Assembly (NCBI GenBank): GCA_947624085.1
Contig: CANQIK010000001.1
Coordinates: 1,781-65,780 of the forward strand
Origin: an uncultured Bacilli bacterium
GTDB lineage: Bacteria; Bacillota_I; Bacilli_A; RF39; UBA660
Length of the DNA: 64,000 nt
Direction: 5' to 3'
Shown: positions 58,309 through 64,000 of the stretch, in pieces
Numbering within the stretch: position 1 is the stretch's first letter
Layout: every line of letters starts with the position of its first letter
Notes under the pieces: model-generated
The model's input: only the letters and a program-made list of their open reading frames with translations
Database searches by the model: none
Told to the model about the DNA's origin: nothing
Translations under genes and position numbers: made by a program

Positions 58309-61300
58309 TTAATCCTCTTTCTTTTTCTTGATTCTGGCAAGTTGATAATGTAATGCTTTTGCTCTTTTCTCATCTTCTTTTTTTGAAACTCTATAAATAT
58401 AAGATGGTAATAATTTTTTATCTAAATGTAATTTTTCAATCATTGCCTTAATTGGTTCTTCAGTAAGATCATAATCTTGAAGAAGTTCTATATCTTTTTC
58501 AATATCTAGTACGTATTGATATTCAGTAATTTCTAATAACCGAAAATCATTAAAATCAAAAATAATTTTTTGTAAGTTAGTAGCATAAACTGTTTTTCCA
58601 TCACGTTCTTGTTGATAAAAGAAATTGCCAAAATAACTAGTATGGCTATGTAAATCGTCCGAGTAAAAATTTGTTAATCTCAGCACTTTAACAGATAAGA
58701 AATTAATTGCTTTTTTATCGATTACATAAACACTTTGCGGTAAAGAAAGTACTTCAAATGATTGATCAGCAAAAACTTTACCCATTATATGCGTAAAATG
58801 TCCACCACCAATACCTGCTACAGGAACACCTCCGAATAGTGGTACGCTACCTTCAATAACTTGGACATTAGGAAATACTACATATTTACCTCTATTAATT
58901 TCGCGCAATTTATCAAGCATTGCTATTTCTTTTTTAGGTGTCGTAGGATCATTATAAAAGTCAGTATGAATTTGGATAATAAAATCGGGAAAATGGCCAA
59001 AATTTTCATTTTCAATTTTAAAAGGAAGATAATACTTTAAATATAAATCATAAAAATCATAAAGTGACTTGCTAATTTTAAAATAACTATCAGAATAAAT
59101 AAAAGGTTCTTTTATATCTGTATAATCCATTTTTGAATAGTAGTATATTTCCATTGCCTCATGTAAATTAATTTCTGAACGAAACGTGTACATTTTTGAC
59201 TTCTTGTATAAATCTCTGCTAAAATACATATCACCAACTCGTAATTGAAACATCCGATGAAATGGGTTATCTTTACTAGAAAACATTGATAGAAATATAT
59301 TAAGTAAATAATAGTCAGTCAATATTTTATATGGGTCTATTTCTTCTTCACCATTTTTTAAAATATCTGTAAGTGTTTCCCTAAGTTTAGCGGTATCTTC
59401 CCCAAAAGTACCATCAGTAAAAATATTAGTTTCAAAAAGCTTATGATAAGTTCCTTGTAAACTATCCAATATAAATCTTTCATAGCACGCAATTTCTTCT
59501 TGGGAACTTTGGACACTTATAAATGGTTTAATCAATTCTTCACCACTTGTTAAAGCCCTAAATTTAAGAACATAGAAGTTATATACAGTGTCATTATCAA
59601 TGTACTTATTATTTCCATATCTAGCAAAAGCTAGTAAATTTGGTTCTATAAGATTTAAATCATCTAAAATATCTTCAAATTTATAAGTATCAAGAATTTC
59701 GTGTAATCTAACAATTTGCTTAAATTTCTCTAAGATTTGTTTTTCTTCCTCCTCACTATTTTGAACATATTCTTTTAAATTTGCACGAACTGTTTCACAA
59801 TCATTTATCATAGAAAGGGGATTATCACTAATGCTGATTTGCTTTTCTTGGGGAAGTAATTTATTAAATTCTTTATATATTTGAAGCTTTTTATAAATTA
59901 AATCTTTAAAGTAGTCGTTTGTATGCGTCTTATGCCATATAGCGAAATTGTAAAAAACTTCATAAATCATGAATGGATTAATTATGATATCTTCATCTAA
60001 TTCGTTTATATGGATAATAATATTTTTACAATAGTTTGACTCTAGATAATACTCCCAAGTAGGACCTTTTTCAAAAAACTTTAATAAAGGTGGAATTATT
60101 TGTGCATTAACTGGATTTTTATCATCTAAAATAGGGGCATTATTTTTGCTTATATTAACAATAACATTTTCAATAGGAGATATTTCACTTGCTGTTTTAG
60201 TAATTGCTTTTATTGTTGAAGGAAAATTGATTGTTTTACACTTGAATAGGCAATCTGCATTTTCAAGTGTTTCTAAGCCCTCATTTAATACAAAGCCTTT
60301 GACTGGCACGTTTGCAAAAATTTCTAAAGATATTTTTTTAAGAGAACTAGGGAAATATACTGTTCTATTTGTTGCGCTTTCTTGGATGCTTGTATATACG
60401 TTTAAAATAGAATTATTTTGGGCTTGTAATTGAAAAATTATACTTTCAATACCCTCGGGCATATAATATTTGTCATCATCTTCAAAATTATTTCTTCGAT
60501 AAAGGAAATATAATTTATATATATTTACTCTATCTTCATAAAAGGGTTCCCTTATATCGTTTTCATCTTGAAGACTTTCAAAATAGTACAATGTTGATAA
60601 TGGGACGTAATCCTTTGTTCTAATAGCATGACTATCATACATATAATATGGCAAAAAATAATCACTTGCGTTTTGGTCAAGAAGTTTATTTAAACCATCT
60701 TCGGAGTTTAGAGCAAGTAGTAAACTTAGCAATAAATCATTATTTAGTACAGTAATTAGTCTATTCTTATAAATTTCTTTTATTATATCAATCGCTAAAG
60801 TAAAATTATCTTTAAATAATTTATTAAATATTTCATTTTGACCTAAGATTATTCTTTGATACATATCAATAACGATGCTTTCATAATATTCTCGTTCTAT
60901 TTCATCTTTTATATTTTTTAAGATAATTATAGTATCAACAATAACAGCATTGCCTACTAATGCATTAAATTTTAAACTGTAAAGTGTTGCTAAATCAGTT
61001 TCATCAATAGGGATATCCTTATATTCGTTAATCGAAGTGTAATCGTAAAAAACGCGATATTTAATTTCTATTTCATCTATTTTATGGAGTATTTCATCTT
61101 TATGTTCTTCATCAAAGGGAATTGCAAGTATTGCTTCTATTTCAGTTTGCTTACTTTCTATTGTAATCTCGTCTTTATGCATATAAGCGTATTTTTCAAG
61201 TAAGATAGTAGCTTTAGCTATATCGGAATATATGGATTTACTATTAATATCTAATTTGACTCTTTCTTCGGTTGGCAAAATATTTTGTAACCATGTTAAA

Positions 61301-61899
61301 TAATCTATTTTTTTAATGACAGCTTGTTCTAAAATGCCGACGCTTTCATATAAATTATTGTTTAGATAACTACGAATACTATTAATTATACTAATTTGAT
61401 TAGTAATTAAAATGTTAAGAGAGATATATAATCTATTTAAGACATTATTGATTGCTTCTTTTTTTAATCTTGAAAGTATAAACTTTTCTTTTTTTACTTC
61501 ATTAAGAGCAATAAGGCGCGCAATTACTTCATTTTGATAAGTTATAATGTCATTTAAATATAGTTTTAATTTAGCACAATTTATTAGATAATTAATTTTC
61601 CGTTTATAAATAGAAAGATTTTTATCTCTATCAGTAAGATAGATATTTTCTAAAAGTTCTATTATCATTGTAATATTATAGTTAAGTTCATCTGCTTCCA
61701 AAACTAAGGCATTACTATGTTTGATATTAGAAAGTGCAGTTTGATATTCAGTTTTATAAAAATCAATTAAAGCATCATTTTGAAAATCTTGCCGAGTAGG
61801 GAGTTTAATATTACTTTCAGGGCATGATAAAGCGCTAGCATATAATTTGCTATTTTTAAACACATTTTTAAGTTTAGCAAAAAGCTCTGAAAAAAGCAT
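58309..61899 (-). CDS. Giant hypothetical protein, tandem paralog 2 (1196 aa)
   Basis: The first 330 aa or so are nearly identical to paralog 1. The centre resembles paralog 3. Its C-terminus is distinct (…RVSKKEDEKRAKALHYQLARIKKKKED). Confidence 0.85.
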   Translation of the reverse strand: MLFSELFAKLKNVFKNSKLYASALSCPESNIKLPTRQDFQNDALIDFYKTEYQTALSNIKHSNALVLEADELNYNITMIIELLENIYLTDRDKNLSIYKRKINYLINCAKLKLYLNDIITYQNEVIARLIALNEVKKEKFILSRLKKEAINNVLNRLYISLNILITNQISIINSIRSYLNNNLYESVGILEQAVIKKIDYLTWLQNILPTEERVKLDINSKSIYSDIAKATILLEKYAYMHKDEITIESKQTEIEAILAIPFDEEHKDEILHKIDEIEIKYRVFYDYTSINEYKDIPIDETDLATLYSLKFNALVGNAVIVDTIIILKNIKDEIEREYYESIVIDMYQRIILGQNEIFNKLFKDNFTLAIDIIKEIYKNRLITVLNNDLLLSLLLALNSEDGLNKLLDQNASDYFLPYYMYDSHAIRTKDYVPLSTLYYFESLQDENDIREPFYEDRVNIYKLYFLYRRNNFEDDDKYYMPEGIESIIFQLQAQNNSILNVYTSIQESATNRTVYFPSSLKKISLEIFANVPVKGFVLNEGLETLENADCLFKCKTINFPSTIKAITKTASEISPIENVIVNISKNNAPILDDKNPVNAQIIPPLLKFFEKGPTWEYYLESNYCKNIIIHINELDEDIIINPFMIYEVFYNFAIWHKTHTNDYFKDLIYKKLQIYKEFNKLLPQEKQISISDNPLSMINDCETVRANLKEYVQNSEEEEKQILEKFKQIVRLHEILDTYKFEDILDDLNLIEPNLLAFARYGNNKYIDNDTVYNFYVLKFRALTSGEELIKPFISVQSSQEEIACYERFILDSLQGTYHKLFETNIFTDGTFGEDTAKLRETLTDILKNGEEEIDPYKILTDYYLLNIFLSMFSSKDNPFHRMFQLRVGDMYFSRDLYKKSKMYTFRSEINLHEAMEIYYYSKMDYTDIKEPFIYSDSYFKISKSLYDFYDLYLKYYLPFKIENENFGHFPDFIIQIHTDFYNDPTTPKKEIAMLDKLREINRGKYVVFPNVQVIEGSVPLFGGVPVAGIGGGHFTHIMGKVFADQSFEVLSLPQSVYVIDKKAINFLSVKVLRLTNFYSDDLHSHTSYFGNFFYQQERDGKTVYATNLQKIIFDFNDFRLLEITEYQYVLDIEKDIELLQDYDLTEEPIKAMIEKLHLDKKLLPSYIYRVSKKEDEKRAKALHYQLARIKKKKED

Positions 61900-61905
61900 A
61901 ACTCT

Positions 61906-61954
61906 CCCCCTTATATGGTGAGTATTATATCATGATTTGACATAAATAAATACA
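61906..61954 (-). promoter_or_regulatory. Conserved upstream block of paralog 2: SD plus extended -10 promoter
   Basis: Same 49-nt block as 58234-58282. TGaTATAAT corresponds to + 61924-61932. Confidence 0.55.
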
Positions 61955-61971
61955 TCTTTTTATCGTTTGGT

Positions 61972-64000
61972 TTACTCGTTTTGCTTTTTTAAACTTCTAC
62001 TAGCAGAAGGCTCTAATTTTTCAGAGCCTAAATCTAATTTTGGAGTTATTGCTTTCATTGGTTCTTCAGTTAAATCATACCCCTGAAGAAGTTCAATATC
62101 TTTTTGAATATCTATAATATGCTCATAACCCTCAAATTCAAAAACAATTTCTTGTAGGGTAGTAGTATATATTGTTTTTCCTTTACTTTCTTGTTTAGAG
62201 AAAAAATAAGTAAGAATTTTGTTATAAATGTTGTAATTTTCTGGATTATAATCTTTAAATTTTAATCTTTTAATAGCAGAAAAATTAAAGGCCGTTGGGT
62301 CAATTTTTCTAATACTTGATGGCAAGGAAAGTTCTTCAAAAGATTGATTGGCAAAAACTTGGCCTTTTATCATACTCGTATTATCCTTAAATATAATATG
62401 TATTTTACGAATGCTTTCAAATAAGGGTACATCTCCTTCAATAACTTCGGCATAAGAACAAAAAACGTATGCATCTTTAACAATTTTACGAAATTTATCA
62501 AGCATTGCTTTTTCTTTTTTTAAGGTCTTAGGATTATTATAAAAACTTGTATTAATTTTGGCAATGCATTCAGAAAAATCATTAAGGTATGCATATGGTT
62601 GTTGAAAAAAAGTTCGTATCTTTAAATAAAGATTGCAGAAGTTATAAAATGAGCTTCTAACTTTAAAGTAGCTACGATGATGAGGATAAGATGGTTCCAT
62701 ATCCGGGAAGTCCATATTTGAATAGTAGTATATTACCATAATATCATGTAAAGAAAGTTGATCAGCAAAACTGAAAATTTTTGTATCTAGGAATAATTGA
62801 CTATTTTCAATATTTACTTTTAGTTTAAACATCCTTTGAAAAGGAATATAGTTTTTAGAAAACATTGATAGAAATATATTCAGTAAATAATAATCTGTTA
62901 ATATTTTATAGGGATCTATTTCTTCTTCACCATTTTTTAAAATGTCAATAAAGGCTTCTTTTAGTTTAGAATTATCTTCGCCAAAAGTTCCCAAAGTATC
63001 ATGCATAATATCGGTAAAAATATTTTTTTTAAATAATTCATGATTAACACCTTGTAAAGTTTCTGATATAAATTTTTTATAACTAGCAATTTCTTCATTG
63101 GAGCTTTGCACACTTATAAATGGATCAATCAGCTCATCGCCGTGTGTTATAACTTTAAATTTAAGAACATAAAAGTTATATATGGTATCACTATTAATAT
63201 ACTTATTATTTCCATATCTAGCAAAAGCTAATAATTTAATTTCAATTGCTTTCAAAATATCTAATGGTACATCATAAGGTATGCTATACATTTTTTGAAA
63301 CTTTTCTAAAATTTGTTTTTCTTCTTCTTCATTATTTTGCAGATATTCTCTTAAGTTTGCCTGAATTATTTCACAATCATTTATCATAGAAAGAGAATCA
63401 TCGCTAATACTAATTTGTCTTTCGCGGGGAAGTAATTCATTAAATGCTTTATATATTTGAAGTTTTTCATAAATCAAACTCTTAAAATAATCAGTATAAT
63501 TGGGCTCGTTCTTAGAAATTAAAAATGGCTGAACAAAATAAGTATTATATGAAAGAAAAGCCTGATAAATCATGAATGAATCAATTATAATATCTTCATC
63601 TAATTCATTTATATGGATAAAAATATTTTTACAATGGTCTGAGTTTAGATATTCTTTCCATGTCAAATATGTTGTAGAAAAGTTTAATTTATGTTTAAGT
63701 ATCTCTTTATTAATTGCGCTTTCATAATCTAAAATGGGAGCATTATCTTTACTGATATTGGCAATAATATTTTCAATATAATTATATGCATAAGAAGTTA
63801 TATTAATTGCTTTTATCGTTGACGGGAAATTAATTGTTTTACAGCTTAATAGCCAAGCAGCACTTTGAAGAGTTTCTAAGCCTTCATTCAATACAAACCC
63901 TTTAACGGTAGTATTTGCCAAAAAATTCCCTAATAATTTTTTTAGAGTACTAGGAAAATATACTGTTCTATTTGTTGCGCTTTCTAGCATATTTACATGA
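61972..64000 (-). CDS. Giant hypothetical protein, tandem paralog 3; 5' partial (runs off the window)
   Basis: The frame stays open upstream of the track's first Met (…HVN-MLESATNRTVYFPSTLKK). This aligns with paralog 2 residues …SIQESATNRTVYFPSSLKK at about position 520, so roughly 500 N-terminal codons lie beyond 64000. Confidence 0.85.
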   Translation of the reverse strand, partial: HVNMLESATNRTVYFPSTLKKLLGNFLANTTVKGFVLNEGLETLQSAAWLLSCKTINFPSTIKAINITSYAYNYIENIIANISKDNAPILDYESAINKEILKHKLNFSTTYLTWKEYLNSDHCKNIFIHINELDEDIIIDSFMIYQAFLSYNTYFVQPFLISKNEPNYTDYFKSLIYEKLQIYKAFNELLPRERQISISDDSLSMINDCEIIQANLREYLQNNEEEEKQILEKFQKMYSIPYDVPLDILKAIEIKLLAFARYGNNKYINSDTIYNFYVLKFKVITHGDELIDPFISVQSSNEEIASYKKFISETLQGVNHELFKKNIFTDIMHDTLGTFGEDNSKLKEAFIDILKNGEEEIDPYKILTDYYLLNIFLSMFSKNYIPFQRMFKLKVNIENSQLFLDTKIFSFADQLSLHDIMVIYYYSNMDFPDMEPSYPHHRSYFKVRSSFYNFCNLYLKIRTFFQQPYAYLNDFSECIAKINTSFYNNPKTLKKEKAMLDKFRKIVKDAYVFCSYAEVIEGDVPLFESIRKIHIIFKDNTSMIKGQVFANQSFEELSLPSSIRKIDPTAFNFSAIKRLKFKDYNPENYNIYNKILTYFFSKQESKGKTIYTTTLQEIVFEFEGYEHIIDIQKDIELLQGYDLTEEPMKAITPKLDLGSEKLEPSASRSLKKQNE

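Larger units (their letters stand above)
54688..64000 (-). repeat. Head-to-tail tandem array of gene-plus-promoter units, about 3.6-3.7 kb each (at least 3 copies)
   Basis: The start codons of copies 1 and 2 are exactly 3,675 bp apart (58224 versus 61899). Long near-identical DNA tracts include a 221-bp perfect match. Confidence 0.9.

Noticed and set aside
60146-60433. A plus-strand 95-aa ORF inside giant paralog 2, considered as a possible nested or antisense gene.
   Set aside because: It has no RBS, it is not conserved at the equivalent positions of paralogs 1 and 3, and its hydrophobic, low-complexity composition is typical of a shadow ORF.

Overview
This is an AT-rich chromosomal window from a low-GC, endospore-forming member of the Bacillota. 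It uses the standard genetic code: TGA acts as a stop and Trp is encoded by TGG. I cannot assign a genus from the sequence alone.

Most of the window is core housekeeping sequence arranged in Bacillus-like synteny blocks:
- the end of glyQS, then pyrG, sepF-divIVA, cdsA-rseP, and a single tRNA-Arg(CCG)
- tmcAL and miaA
- rpsT, next to spoIIP-yqxA-lepA-(unknown HTH gene)-hemW
- murG-murB-divIB-queH
- rpsB-tsf, then four membrane-protein genes surrounding frr
- a gerA-type germinant-receptor operon flanked by two VanY/M15B peptidase genes
- an rlmD-like methyltransferase, a DUF368 gene plus two flavoprotein genes, deoD, uvrC, and dnaG-sigA-trmK

Several accessory or unusual parts stand out:
1. 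54.7-64.0 kb holds a head-to-tail array of at least three giant paralogous genes (about 1,180-1,200 aa) of unknown function. Each has its own duplicated promoter/SD block, a constant head and a mosaic body, an internal two-module duplication, and signs of gene conversion. This is my best candidate for an undescribed system.
2. 41.7-43.2 kb holds an Rpn-type PD-(D/E)XK nuclease gene with an in-frame internal SD+ATG for its C-terminal tail. It is followed by two free-standing, diversified copies of that tail module.
3. 47.4-50.9 kb holds a three-gene cassette (DUF4143 AAA ATPase, degenerate RnfC-like protein, RnfD-like membrane protein) wedged between uvrC and dnaG, preceded by three direct repeats phased at 32 bp.
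4. There are two predicted surface proteins. One lies behind a hairpin followed by a T20 tract and contains a sharply GC-rich patch. The other carries a SipW/TasA-type signal peptide.

I saw no CRISPR array, rRNA gene, prophage, or classical transposase.
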